Positions 37,790-47,951 of a stretch of DNA of 64,000 bases are shown here, in pieces. The notes under the pieces were generated by a model that searched no databases, was not told where the DNA came from, and worked only from the letters and a program-made list of their open reading frames with translations. Both the position numbers and the translations under genes were made by a program. The stretch covers positions 79,633 to 143,632 of the forward strand of contig CAIRHC010000006.1 of assembly GCA_903878275.1 (NCBI GenBank), written 5' to 3'. How positions within the stretch are numbered: the first letter of the stretch is position 1; each line of letters begins with the position of its first letter. Source of the stretch: Candidatus Vogelbacteria bacterium (GTDB taxonomy: Bacteria; Patescibacteriota; Minisyncoccia; Phycocordibacterales; XYD1-FULL-46-19).

Positions 37790-39259
37790 CTATTTTTCTT
37801 TTGGTTTCATTAACGGAAAAATCTGCGCTTCGCGAATCGGCTTATCCATCAAAAAACTAAAAAGTCTCTCCGATAAACCAAAACCACAGGCCAGAGGCAT
37901 ACCATATTCCAAAGCTTCAACAAAATCCATATTTGCCATCTGAGCTTCTTCATCACCCGCTTCTCTTAATTTCTGTTGGCGTTCGAAACGTTGAGCTTGA
38001 TCAACCGGATCATTTAATTCGCTAAAACCTTTACCATTTTCTGAGCCAGCTAAAATTACCTGGAATCTCTCAACAACTCTTTCATCTCCTTTTTTCTTCT
38101 TGGCTAACGGCTCCATATATGTGGGAACATTTACAAGAAATCCGGGACCAGCTATTTTTTTTCTTAGTTTTTTCCAAGCAAGATCCATCAAACGCTCAAT
38201 GGACGCTCCAGGTTCAAAAAGAACCCCTTCTTTCTCTAACATCAAACCCCAACCCGTACCAGCTTCTCCATAATCACCTTCCTTAGGATCCAAACCGTAT
38301 TCCTTTTTCATCAAGTCACAGAAATCGTATTTTTCCCAAGCCTGCCCCAAGTCAATATCAAAATCTTTAATTTTAAATTTTAAAGTACCAAAAGTTTTTT
38401 GGGCAATGGCTTTATACAATTCTTCGACAAATTTCATTCCCCGATCGTAGTCCGAATAAGCCCAATAAAATTCCATTACCGAATAATCCTGCAAATGCTC
38501 GGCATCCATCCCCTCGTTACGAAAAATTCGTCCGATTTCAAAAACTTTCGGCAAACCCGCAATCATTAAACGTTTGAGCCACAACTCCGGCGCAATGCGC
38601 AAAGAAACGTCCAAATCTAGTGCATTGTGGTGAGTAGTAAAAGGTTTGGCTTCGGCGCCGCCTGGAATACTTTCTAAAATTGGCGTATCAACTTCCATAA
38701 AACCACGCTCGAGCATAAAATTTCGGATCGTCTGCCAAAAAAGCGAGCGCTTTTCTACCACCTCGCGAACTTCTGGATTGGTTAAAATATCTAAATATCT
38801 TTTACGCAAACGCTCTTCTTCGTCTTGCAAGCCAGCCCATTTTTCGGGAAGTGGTCGCAAACTTTTCGCTAAAATTTTCCAATCAGTACCTTGAACGGTT
38901 TTTTCACCTCGCTTGGTTACAAAAACCACACCGGCCACTTGCACAAAATCACCGATGTCAATTGTCTCCACAAATAAGTCAAATTTTTCTGGCAAATCAT
39001 CTTTTTTTAGTAAAGCTTGCAGATTGCCAGTGCCGTCATTCAAATCAAAAAAGGCTAAGCCACCTTGCACCCGCAAAGCCATAATTCGCCCACCCACAGT
39101 TATTTCCTTTTTGCTTTCTTCGAGCTTATCAAAATCTACCAACACCTGACCGACAGTATGATTAATTTCACATTTAGCCGGATAAGGTTCGATACCTTTT
39201 TCACGCAATATTTCAATTTTCTTTAAACGCTCTTTTCTAATTTCTTCGATTGAAGCCAT
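37790..39259 (-). CDS. lysS: Lysyl-tRNA synthetase (class II)
   Basis: N-terminal OB anticodon-binding domain plus class II catalytic core motifs 1-3 (...FRNEG..., ...GFGLSERL...). Confidence 0.85.
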   Translation of the reverse strand: MASIEEIRKERLKKIEILREKGIEPYPAKCEINHTVGQVLVDFDKLEESKKEITVGGRIMALRVQGGLAFFDLNDGTGNLQALLKKDDLPEKFDLFVETIDIGDFVQVAGVVFVTKRGEKTVQGTDWKILAKSLRPLPEKWAGLQDEEERLRKRYLDILTNPEVREVVEKRSLFWQTIRNFMLERGFMEVDTPILESIPGGAEAKPFTTHHNALDLDVSLRIAPELWLKRLMIAGLPKVFEIGRIFRNEGMDAEHLQDYSVMEFYWAYSDYDRGMKFVEELYKAIAQKTFGTLKFKIKDFDIDLGQAWEKYDFCDLMKKEYGLDPKEGDYGEAGTGWGLMLEKEGVLFEPGASIERLMDLAWKKLRKKIAGPGFLVNVPTYMEPLAKKKKGDERVVERFQVILAGSENGKGFSELNDPVDQAQRFERQQKLREAGDEEAQMANMDFVEALEYGMPLACGFGLSERLFSFLMDKPIREAQIFPLMKPKEK

Positions 39260-39305
39260 TGTTTTAGTTTATAGTTAGAAGGTCGTAGTTGGTAGTTAAT
39301 AAAAA

Positions 39306-39758
39306 TTATTTTATATCTACTATAGTATAACTTATTTCTCCTTTTGGCGTACTTACCGAAATAACGTCACCCTTTTTATGACCTAAAAGTGCCGAGCCAA
39401 GCGGTGATTGATAAGAAATTTTTCCGATTGACATATCGGCTTCTTCGGCACCAACTATCATAAATTCTTCATCACCACGATCGGCACGTTTGGTAATTAC
39501 CGTCACCCCCACTTCCACTTGATTACTATGATGAGATTCAACAATTTTAGAATTCTTTAAAATACTGTCGATCTCGATGATTCGATCTTCGACATCGGCC
39601 TGGTGCTCGCGCGCTTCGTGATATTCGGCATTCTCTGACAAGTCGCCCAAAGATTTGGCATACTCCAAACTTTCAGCATTTTTTTTCCGCTCCACTGTTT
39701 TTAAGTAATTAAGCTCGTCTCTTAATTCATCAAATTTTTCTTGACTTAGATATTGCAT
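39306..39758 (-). CDS. greA: Transcription elongation factor GreA
   Basis: Coiled-coil N-domain with acidic tip (GDLSENAEY) and FKBP-like C-domain. Confidence 0.85.
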   Translation of the reverse strand: MQYLSQEKFDELRDELNYLKTVERKKNAESLEYAKSLGDLSENAEYHEAREHQADVEDRIIEIDSILKNSKIVESHHSNQVEVGVTVITKRADRGDEEFMIVGAEEADMSIGKISYQSPLGSALLGHKKGDVISVSTPKGEISYTIVDIK

Positions 39759-39832
39759 ACAATAAAAGGGCTATATTTTTTAATAGTCCGTTTATTATAG
39801 CTTATTTTCGACTAGATATCAAACAGCAAAGA

Positions 39833-41512
39833 TTAGGTATCTTTTAAATATTCCGGTGTATTCACGACCATCCAATCCAAGAGCTGACGCATTACGTACA
39901 CGCTACCAACCAGGTTTGTCCGTTCGCCTTTTTCCATTACAATGGCAAAAGAATAACGCGGTTTTTTATACGGAAAATAACCCGCCACCCAAGAGTTGAC
40001 CCGAATTTTTGTCACTCCAAGTTCCGCCGTACCGGTCTTGGCGGCAACTTCCACTTGCGGAATACTTAGAGCCATCGCGGTACCGTACACCACATCATCA
40101 CGTAAACCATCTTTAACTACCTGCAAATGTTCGTCTGGAATATTTATAGTATTTTGAATTTTTATTTCTTCAGGCAAAATTTTTCGCACCGTCGGTTGAA
40201 CCATTTTTCCGTCATTTGCCACCGCCGCATAAGCTCGCGCCATTTGAATTGGCGTGATTTGCGTCCCGTACTGACCAATCGCCGTGTGATATGTATTACC
40301 AAGGCGCCAGCCTTCACCGTTGAAAGTTTTAGCTTTCCACTCTGGCGTCGGAATTACTCCCTCTTCTTCTCCAAGCAAATCAATTCCGGTTTTTTTACTT
40401 AAACCATACATCAAAGCATATTTATCTATTTTTTCGATACCCAAACCTTTTTGCGAACCAAAACCACCACCAACTTCATAAAAATAAACATCCGACGAAA
40501 CGGCAATAGCTTTACGCATATCGACCGCGCCATGATTTTTCCAATCTTTAAAAATAGTTTCCTTAGTTTTGTCGTAAGGATTTGGCACTGAAATTTGACC
40601 GGTCGTATAGATAACTTTCTCGGGCGTAATAATATTTTCATTCAAAGCCCCGATCGCCACAAAAGTTTTAAAAATTGAACCCGGTGTGTACAGACCAGAC
40701 ACCACTCGATCAATTAGCGGTGTATTTTTGTCAGTTAGGTATTCTTTGATTTTTGCGGTGTTGGTAGCAACAGACATAATGTTTGAATCAAATTCGGGAA
40801 AACTCGTCAAAGCCAAAACCTCGCCAGTATTCACATCCAGCAAAACTCCAGCCCCGCCGGAAAAACCTTTTTCACCAGCAAGTTGTTTCATTATTTCGTA
40901 AAGTTTATTTTGCACCCGAGAATCTACCGCCAGATGTAAGTCTTTACCGCTAATTGGTTTTTGCACGATATAATCAGCCATACTTTTACCCGAAGCATTC
41001 ACCTCTTCAATTTTTACTCCTTTCGTGCCTAAAAGTTGATTGTTATAAACCCGCTCAACGCCGGACCGACCGACGAGTTCTTGGCTGTGATAATCATACT
41101 CGGTCAAATCTTTTTCGTTTGGCAAGCTGACATAGCCAAGCAAATGACCGAGTCCACCAGCCTCCAGATATTTCCGGCCATTATCATTCCACGCCATTTC
41201 TTTATTGTTGCGATCATAAATATTACCCCGATCTGGAAAAATCGGCGTAAAATTCAAACTATTGTTTTTGGCGTACTCTTGATAATAAGGACCTTTAATC
41301 ACCTCCAAATAAAAAACTCGCAAAACAAAGACTGACGCGACGGTTAAACAGAAAAATAAAAATAAAATAAAAACTGGTTTGCCAATGGCTTTTTCGATTC
41401 GTCCTTCAAACTGTTGGTTATCAAAAGCGGATAAATTTGAAGCATCCAAAAAAATCTCATCCGGATTTAATTCCTGCATTCTTTTTCTTTTGCGAAAAAA
41501 TAAATCGGACAT
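39833..41512 (-). CDS. mrdA: Penicillin-binding protein 2 (elongasome transpeptidase)
   Basis: TM, pedestal, transpeptidase motifs SxxK (GSIFKT), SSD (SxD/N), KTGT (AKTGTAE); immediately downstream of mreBCD. Confidence 0.75.
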   Translation of the reverse strand: MSDLFFRKRKRMQELNPDEIFLDASNLSAFDNQQFEGRIEKAIGKPVFILFLFFCLTVASVFVLRVFYLEVIKGPYYQEYAKNNSLNFTPIFPDRGNIYDRNNKEMAWNDNGRKYLEAGGLGHLLGYVSLPNEKDLTEYDYHSQELVGRSGVERVYNNQLLGTKGVKIEEVNASGKSMADYIVQKPISGKDLHLAVDSRVQNKLYEIMKQLAGEKGFSGGAGVLLDVNTGEVLALTSFPEFDSNIMSVATNTAKIKEYLTDKNTPLIDRVVSGLYTPGSIFKTFVAIGALNENIITPEKVIYTTGQISVPNPYDKTKETIFKDWKNHGAVDMRKAIAVSSDVYFYEVGGGFGSQKGLGIEKIDKYALMYGLSKKTGIDLLGEEEGVIPTPEWKAKTFNGEGWRLGNTYHTAIGQYGTQITPIQMARAYAAVANDGKMVQPTVRKILPEEIKIQNTINIPDEHLQVVKDGLRDDVVYGTAMALSIPQVEVAAKTGTAELGVTKIRVNSWVAGYFPYKKPRYSFAIVMEKGERTNLVGSVYVMRQLLDWMVVNTPEYLKDT

Positions 41513-41515
41513 ATT

Positions 41516-41788
41516 TTAATGATAAATAAAAATTCTTTTTCTAACTTCTCCGACCAACAATAAAAATAGTGCGGTACAAATGGTCACCAGGAAAAACGGG
41601 TGCCACCACTCATCGGCTGGTAAACTATACAAAATATCAAAAATAAAAGCCGGAGCAATCATCTCGTAATAATTCTTAAAATAAAATCCGAACAAAAAAA
41701 ATAAAGCAAACGTAAAAAACCATGGCAAAGACACAACCGAAAAAATTAATAATGTTAAAACACTAATTCTGACCAGCATAGATTTCAA
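41516..41788 (-). CDS. mreD: Rod-shape determining protein MreD-like (small polytopic membrane protein)
   Basis: 90 aa with three TM helices in the conserved mreB-mreC-mreD-pbp2 order. Confidence 0.45.
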   Translation of the reverse strand: MKSMLVRISVLTLLIFSVVSLPWFFTFALFFLFGFYFKNYYEMIAPAFIFDILYSLPADEWWHPFFLVTICTALFLLLVGEVRKRIFIYH

Positions 41789-42590
41789 GCCACTTTAATT
41801 GAACAATGTTGACCGGCGAACGAAACAAAATGGTCTGAAAAGGATCACTGGTTTTTTTAGTAATAACATCAGCTTGACCAACAAAATAATTTCGCCATCC
41901 AGGCACCGTGATACTATCACCTTTTTTTATCTCTACATCTTTGGGTAAAGAAATAGAAAAACTTCCGTTGCTTAGACCTTTGGCAGTCGCAGGAATATTT
42001 TTGCCACCAATCGCCACTGAAAGTTCTGAATAAGCCGACAATAACTTAACTTTTGATTTAGTCGGAAAAACTTCGGCAATCTGCCCAAGAAGCACATTGT
42101 TGTAAACGACAAAATCCCCGACTTTAATCGCCCGCGACACGTTTTTATCGCCAACATCCAAAACGAGCGAATCATTAAAAATTAAATTTGGCGTAAAAAT
42201 AACTTGAGCGATAACCGGCACGCTAGTTTGATCGACCCGACCTAACACTTTTTTTAATTCCGCATTTTCCTTAACCAAGCTTTGCGCTTGAATTAAATTT
42301 AATTTCAAAGTCAAATTTTCCTTTTTCAGTTGGCGAGTTTCCTCGACCAAGTTTTTGGTATTTTGCCAAGAGGCGCCGAAGTTTGTCAGCCCGCGAGCGA
42401 TAAAATTATCACCGCCAGTAATAGGCATCAAAATAGCCGACACCGGCCGAAACAACCAGCCCAGCAAACCGAAACCCCAAAGATAAAGAACAACGATCAA
42501 AACACCGATGACTACATTTCGAATTGTCTCGGTGTTATCTTTTTTACGATAAGAAGTATTAGCGGGGCGGAAGCTCATCTTCGTTGTCAA
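41763..42590 (-). CDS. mreC: Rod-shape determining protein MreC
   Basis: N-terminal TM, coiled coil, then beta-rich domain; correct operon position. Confidence 0.65.
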   Translation of the reverse strand: MTTKMSFRPANTSYRKKDNTETIRNVVIGVLIVVLYLWGFGLLGWLFRPVSAILMPITGGDNFIARGLTNFGASWQNTKNLVEETRQLKKENLTLKLNLIQAQSLVKENAELKKVLGRVDQTSVPVIAQVIFTPNLIFNDSLVLDVGDKNVSRAIKVGDFVVYNNVLLGQIAEVFPTKSKVKLLSAYSELSVAIGGKNIPATAKGLSNGSFSISLPKDVEIKKGDSITVPGWRNYFVGQADVITKKTSDPFQTILFRSPVNIVQLKWLEIYAGQN

Positions 42591-43614
42591 TTAAAATATC
42601 TTGATAACGTGAGATATCGTCGAGAATAACACCGGTACCACGGACGACAGCCGTTTGTGGTTCCTCGGCTAGAAAAATTGGGATTTCGATTTCTTTTTCT
42701 AGTAATTCCCGCAAGCCCTTAATCAGCGAACCGCCTCCGACGATGACGATTCCTCGACGCATAATATCCGAGACAACCTCGGGTGGGGTTTCTTCTAAAA
42801 CTTCTTTAATGGCATCAATAAACAACGCCACCGAACCAGCAATCGCTTCGCGAATATCTGAATCCGTAATCGCTACTTCGCGAGGCAGACCAGTCACCAG
42901 ATCTCGTCCGCGAATCAAAGCCTCGGTCGAATCGCCTTGTTTTAAAACAGTACCAATGGTCAATTTTACTTCTTCCGCCGTTTTTTCACCCAGTAAAATT
43001 TTAAATTCATCACGCACATAAGCAATAATATCTTGATTAAAAGTTTCACCCGCAATGTGTAAATTTTTTGAGTTGACGACACCACCAAGAGAAATCACCG
43101 CGATATCGGTCGTACCACCACCAACATCAACAATCATATTACCGACCGGTTCGTAAATCGGCATATTCACCCCAATCGCCGCCGCCATTGGTCCTTCCAC
43201 CACATGCACCTCTCGCGCGCCAGCATTTTTTATAGCATCACGCACGGCGCGTCGCTCGACATTGGTAATGCCCGACGGCACACTGACCACAACATTCGGA
43301 CGAACAATTTTTGAACCCGACAACTCGACAATCTTTTTGAAAAAATAGCCGATCATTTCTTCCGCCATTTCAAAATTAGAAATCACACCACCAACCAGTG
43401 GTTTGATCGCTTGGATGTGAGCTGGCGTGCGTCCGGTCATCTGGCTAGCATCAGTCCCCACTGCCACCACGCGACCAGTCTTTTGATTGATCGCCACCAT
43501 CGATGGTTCCACCAAAACAATCCCTTTGCCTTTAATATAAATAAGTGTACTGTGCGTACCCAAATCAATACCGACATCGTGAGAAAATATTTTGTTGAAA
43601 CCGCCCCAATTCAT
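42559..43614 (-). CDS. mreB: Actin-like rod-shape protein MreB
   Basis: VGIDLGT..., ...DVGGGTTD..., ...VGGGS... actin-fold phosphate motifs. Confidence 0.85.
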   Translation of the reverse strand: MNWGGFNKIFSHDVGIDLGTHSTLIYIKGKGIVLVEPSMVAINQKTGRVVAVGTDASQMTGRTPAHIQAIKPLVGGVISNFEMAEEMIGYFFKKIVELSGSKIVRPNVVVSVPSGITNVERRAVRDAIKNAGAREVHVVEGPMAAAIGVNMPIYEPVGNMIVDVGGGTTDIAVISLGGVVNSKNLHIAGETFNQDIIAYVRDEFKILLGEKTAEEVKLTIGTVLKQGDSTEALIRGRDLVTGLPREVAITDSDIREAIAGSVALFIDAIKEVLEETPPEVVSDIMRRGIVIVGGGSLIKGLRELLEKEIEIPIFLAEEPQTAVVRGTGVILDDISRYQDILIDNEDELPPR

Positions 43615-43757
43615 CCCGTTAGTGAAAATTTCAGATCATTTTTGTCGCCAATACAATCTTAGATTTTAAATTAATTTTTAGTAATTTTGACCTTTTCTAA
43701 TATACCTACTTTATAGAATCATGACAATCTGAAATTTCTACTACGGGATTCATAATA

Positions 43758-45011
43758 TTAATTTTTCATTCGTTCATAAAAATCAGCCAGCGAGAGCATT
43801 TCCGCTTCAGTATTTTGTCGTCCTTTTAATTCGATCTGACCGGCGCTAAAAGTTTTTTCACTAATCACCGCACGATAAGGAAAACCAAACAAATCGGCTT
43901 CCGCCATTTTTTCACCAGCCGAAATGTCTCGCTCATCAAAAAGCACTTCTACGCCCATTTCGGTCAGTTTCTGATAAACTTCTTCGGCTTGTTTATAAGC
44001 CTCGGTCCCCGCTTTTGCCAGACAAATCAGACTAATTTTAAACGGTGCAATTTCTTTTGGCCAGACCAAACCTTTTTCATCAGACAAAACTTCCGCCACG
44101 GTGCCCATCACTCGTCCAAGACCAATACCATAGCAACCCATCACGACCGGTTTTTTCTCGCCATTTTCATCGGTATAAACCAAATCCAGCGCCAAGGAAA
44201 ACTTGGTGCCAAGTTTGAAGATATTCCCCACCTCAATCGCTTTAACTTCTTCTAATTCTTCTCGCTTGATACCCAAGTCGTTTAAAGTTTCATCATTTAA
44301 AACTTCTTCGTTGATCGCAATTTTTTTCTCCACGTTTACAAAAATCTTATCTTCACCAGCTTCACTTAAAGTCTGATATTCGTGACTGTATTTACTAAAA
44401 GTCCCACCACTCGAAAAAGTAATATAGGTCAAATCGCCCAGACCGCAACGCTCATAAATCCGCTCATAAGCTCCTTTCGCTTTATCATAAAAATCATCGA
44501 GACTTTCTTCGTCAGCGTGAAAAGAGTACAAATCTTTCATTAAAAATTCACGCCCGCGCATAATGCCACTTTTCGCCCGAAGCTCGTTACGGAATTTAGT
44601 TTGAAATTGATAAACACTCATCGGCAAATCTTTGTACGAGCTGATATGGTCACGCATAATATTTGCCACCATTTCTTCGTGCGTTGTCCCAAGACCAATT
44701 TCACCACCCGCTTTCAATTCAGTTTTAAACCAAACATCAAGCACCTCATCATCCCAACGACCAGTTTTTTTCCATAATTCTGGATTTTGAAAAGCCGTCA
44801 TCGACAATTCGACACCGCCAATATTATTTATTTCTTCACGAATAATATCTTCGATTTTTTTAAGCACCCGCAAACCAAGCGGAAGATACGAATAAACTCC
44901 CGCGAGCTCCTTATGAATAAAACCCGCTCGAATCAAAAGTTTGGCGTTTTTTGATTGCTCGTCTTTCGGGTCTTCCCGACGAGTCTTTGAAAATAATTGA
45001 GATCGTAACAT
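43758..45011 (-). CDS. proS: Prolyl-tRNA synthetase (compact bacterial type without the INS editing insertion)
   Basis: Class II motifs and an N-terminal ...LLIRAGFIHKELAGVYSYLPLG... ProRS signature; 417 aa. Confidence 0.8.
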   Translation of the reverse strand: MLRSQLFSKTRREDPKDEQSKNAKLLIRAGFIHKELAGVYSYLPLGLRVLKKIEDIIREEINNIGGVELSMTAFQNPELWKKTGRWDDEVLDVWFKTELKAGGEIGLGTTHEEMVANIMRDHISSYKDLPMSVYQFQTKFRNELRAKSGIMRGREFLMKDLYSFHADEESLDDFYDKAKGAYERIYERCGLGDLTYITFSSGGTFSKYSHEYQTLSEAGEDKIFVNVEKKIAINEEVLNDETLNDLGIKREELEEVKAIEVGNIFKLGTKFSLALDLVYTDENGEKKPVVMGCYGIGLGRVMGTVAEVLSDEKGLVWPKEIAPFKISLICLAKAGTEAYKQAEEVYQKLTEMGVEVLFDERDISAGEKMAEADLFGFPYRAVISEKTFSAGQIELKGRQNTEAEMLSLADFYERMKN

Positions 45012-45061
45012 ATAGCCTTATCTTAAACCAAAAGGTAGATAAGGTCAAAATATGCTTAAGA

Positions 45062-46174
45062 TTAGAACATTTTAGCGATATCGCTATAGGCGACCACCGC
45101 CATTAGAAGCATCAGAAGTCCGAAGCCGATGAGATTTAAAGTATTGGCGATTTTCGGGTTTAATCTCTTGTTTCTTATTCCTTCAACTGCAAGAAATAAT
45201 AATCGCCCGCCATCAAGTGCTGGAAATGGCAAAAGATTTAGCACCGCCAAGTTTATCGAAATTATTGCCATAAAGTTTATCAAATAAACCACGCCCATTC
45301 GGCTCGCATCGCCCACCATTCCAAATAAGCCGATTGGACCAGACACGGATTTTAATGCCGAGCTACCTTCCGTAAAAATACTAGTGAAAAAATATTTGAG
45401 ACCCAAGACAGTATTTATGGTTAGGTCATAAGTAAAAATCGCACCGTAATAAAGCGATTGCCACCAAGACATTTGCACGATACCAACTTTTTCCATCGCA
45501 ATACCAATAGAAGGAGCATCTCCGACTACTCCCTTTTTAGGTACAACAGTCAAAACCGAGGTTGTCGCCACGCCACCAACTTTTCTTAAACAGGAAACGA
45601 CAACATTTTTGTCGCCATATTTATTGACAAATTCTTTGACAGTTTCTGGTTCAGGATTATTCAAAATGTCATCGCCAATACTAAATTTAAGTAAACTATC
45701 CCCCGCCAACAAGCCAGCTTTTTCGGCCGGTGAGTTTTTTAAAACATTAGTCACCAGCAATTTTGATTCGGTTACTTTGGCACCAGCGGGAATATCAGAC
45801 AAAGAAATCGGCATCCCAAGCGAAAGATTGAGAGAAATTAAAAGCCAAGCTAAGACAAGGTTCAAGGTCACACCAGCCACCAAAACCGCCGCCTGAACTA
45901 AGCGGGGTTTGTTGACCAAGCTCCGCTTACTATCAGGACCATTGGTCGACTCTTCGTCAGGATCTTCACCATAAATTTTTACAAAACCACCCACCGGAAT
46001 AGCGTTCAAAGAATAGGTTGTCTCCCCTTTTTTCCAGCTAAAAACTTTTGGCGGAAAACCAAAACCAAATTCATCCACGCGAATCCCAAATTTTTTCGCG
46101 ACCGAAAAATGCCCCAGCTCGTGAGTAATAATTAAAACGGCTAAAACAAATATGAATATTGCAAGGGTTACCAT
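45062..46174 (-). CDS. rseP: Site-2 protease RseP (M50 family, PDZ-containing)
   Basis: HELGH zinc-binding motif in TM1, a PDZ domain, and a C-terminal LDGG motif (ALDGGRL). Confidence 0.75.
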   Translation of the reverse strand: MVTLAIFIFVLAVLIITHELGHFSVAKKFGIRVDEFGFGFPPKVFSWKKGETTYSLNAIPVGGFVKIYGEDPDEESTNGPDSKRSLVNKPRLVQAAVLVAGVTLNLVLAWLLISLNLSLGMPISLSDIPAGAKVTESKLLVTNVLKNSPAEKAGLLAGDSLLKFSIGDDILNNPEPETVKEFVNKYGDKNVVVSCLRKVGGVATTSVLTVVPKKGVVGDAPSIGIAMEKVGIVQMSWWQSLYYGAIFTYDLTINTVLGLKYFFTSIFTEGSSALKSVSGPIGLFGMVGDASRMGVVYLINFMAIISINLAVLNLLPFPALDGGRLLFLAVEGIRNKRLNPKIANTLNLIGFGLLMLLMAVVAYSDIAKMF

Positions 46175-46176
46175 TT

Positions 46177-46728
46177 TTAGTTCATTATTTCTTTCTCTTT
46201 ACGATCTGCCATTTCTTCAAGTTTTTTATTGGCGTCATCAACAATTTTTTGTAATTCATCTTTGGCTTTGAATTTTTCGTCTTCAGATAATTCTCCACCT
46301 TTTTCTTTGTCTTGAATATCACCCCAAATTTTCTCTCGTTCTTTTTTAATAGAAATTCGTCCGTCCTCCAATTTTTCGCTGACAATTTTCATCAGCATTT
46401 TTCGACGCTCTTCGGTCAACGCCGGAAAGCTCAAGCGGAGACCATCAGTATCGGGCGAGACCGACAAACCCATATTGGATTGTTCGATGGATTTTTGGAT
46501 TATTCCAATCTGACTTTTATCCCACGGGCTAACGCGCAAAGTTTTAGCATCTTCAATCGAAATCGCTGCCACGTGTTTGATTGGCATTTTCGAGCCGTAA
46601 GATTCTACCATCACATTATCAAGAATTTGCGGTGTCGCCTTGCCTGTCCGAACATTAGAATACTCGCGCACCAACCATTCATCGACTTCTCCTAATTTTA
46701 TTTTAAATACTGAAAAATTGTATGACAT
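46177..46728 (-). CDS. frr: Ribosome recycling factor
   Basis: 183 aa; family similarity throughout (…VRTGKATPQILD…, …RISIKKER…). Confidence 0.85.
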   Translation of the reverse strand: MSYNFSVFKIKLGEVDEWLVREYSNVRTGKATPQILDNVMVESYGSKMPIKHVAAISIEDAKTLRVSPWDKSQIGIIQKSIEQSNMGLSVSPDTDGLRLSFPALTEERRKMLMKIVSEKLEDGRISIKKEREKIWGDIQDKEKGGELSEDEKFKAKDELQKIVDDANKKLEEMADRKEKEIMN

Positions 46729-46791
46729 AAATATATTAAAAACTGATAAGCTTTTAAATTATAACGGAAAATTAATAAAAAACCAATCTAT

Positions 46792-46820
46792 TTGACAATA
46801 TTAAGTTAACAGTGTATAGT
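46792..46820 (+). promoter_or_regulatory. Sigma70-like promoter TTGACA-N17-TATAGT for the small ORF at 46874
   Basis: Perfect -35 hexamer, 17-nt spacer, near-consensus -10; about 50-nt leader with AGAGAGG before the ATG. Confidence 0.45.
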
Positions 46821-46873
46821 TTGGGAAGATTTAGTAACTTGTTGTTAGCCACCAACTTAGAGAGGACATATCA

Positions 46874-47161
46874 ATGAATTTCGTAAGACTCAAGATCACC
46901 AGCCTTTTTGAGGGTTTCTATCTCGCTATCCCAGAAGATACCGAGGACAGCGAAGACCAGAGATTAAAAAAGGAAGCGTTCAGGGTAACGGACGATCTAC
47001 TTAAATTTCTTGTCCATCAGGACGGTTGTGACCTTGAGGATATCGATAAGAAAGTTTTTATCGTAACTCTTAGCAAGCACAGCCATCACCGTCTCTTATT
47101 TTGGCAAGAAGAATCCTTGAGTAGGCGAAAGATGCTCAAGATCGAAGTCATCCACCACTAG
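46874..47161 (+). CDS. Hypothetical acidic small protein (95 aa)
   Basis: ORF framed by a consensus promoter and a strong terminator; no recognised domain. Confidence 0.4.
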   Translation: MNFVRLKITSLFEGFYLAIPEDTEDSEDQRLKKEAFRVTDDLLKFLVHQDGCDLEDIDKKVFIVTLSKHSHHRLLFWQEESLSRRKMLKIEVIHH

Positions 47162-47165
47162 TCCC

Positions 47166-47214
47166 CGCCCCGAATGCAAAGGCCTCAAGCTTTCGCATTC
47201 GGGGCTTTTGTTTT
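47166..47214 (+). terminator. Rho-independent terminator (ccccgaatgc...gcattcgggg + T-run)
   Basis: 10-bp perfect GC-rich stem followed by CTTTTGTTTT. Confidence 0.65.
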
Positions 47215-47240
47215 ATCCCATACTTTACCAAAAAAGTACT

Positions 47241-47945
47241 CTAAACTATCAGAGCAATGTGTTCCAAAATCAACCGCACCGAGGACCGCGGATTGGACAG
47301 ATAGTTTCTCGCTTTTTCAATTTCACTCAAAGCAAAGATTAAGTCTTTGCCGGCTTCGCTTATTTTTTTGACTTTATCTCTCAACACCCTTTCCAGCTCA
47401 TTTAAAAAATCAAAAACTTCACCCTTGCCGATATCTTTATTTTTTATAAATTCTTTTTGAACAAACTCCAGACGAGCTTGTGGTTCTAGTTTAAGAAATT
47501 TAGAGACAAGCGGTACCGCCAAAGTTTCGCTTAATGAAACTTCGGCGGTGATATTTTTAATTATCTCAAAACGAGATTTCAGGGTCGGCAAAAAAATATC
47601 TTCGGAACGCACAATAATAAAAAAGTGGTTATCGCTGGCTGGCTCTTCAAAAGTTTTGAGTAACGCATTTTGCGCTTCGACGGTAATCGAATCAATTGTT
47701 AAAACAAAATATCGCCCAAGCTCGCCAAAAGCTCTTTTGTTTTGTCGCCCACGCAAATCCAAACTTTCTTTGATGCCAAAAGTTGAAAATTTTTCTTGCC
47801 AATAGTCAGGATTCGATGACAAATCAACCGTTTTTAATTTCTCCTTAATTATTTTTTCCACCTCCGACAAAATCGTCGCCGGCTGACCAACCAAAAGATA
47901 AGCGTGATGGAGATTTTTATTTTCAAAAATTTTAGTTAAAAACAT
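47241..47945 (-). CDS. holB: DNA polymerase III delta' subunit-like clamp-loader protein (degenerate P-loop)
   Basis: HAYLLVGQ... N-terminus, sensor-1/SRC-like region ...QNALLKTFEEP....FFII......LPTLKSRF; 234 aa. Confidence 0.55.
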   Translation of the reverse strand: MFLTKIFENKNLHHAYLLVGQPATILSEVEKIIKEKLKTVDLSSNPDYWQEKFSTFGIKESLDLRGRQNKRAFGELGRYFVLTIDSITVEAQNALLKTFEEPASDNHFFIIVRSEDIFLPTLKSRFEIIKNITAEVSLSETLAVPLVSKFLKLEPQARLEFVQKEFIKNKDIGKGEVFDFLNELERVLRDKVKKISEAGKDLIFALSEIEKARNYLSNPRSSVRLILEHIALIV

Positions 47946-47951
47946 TTCTAC

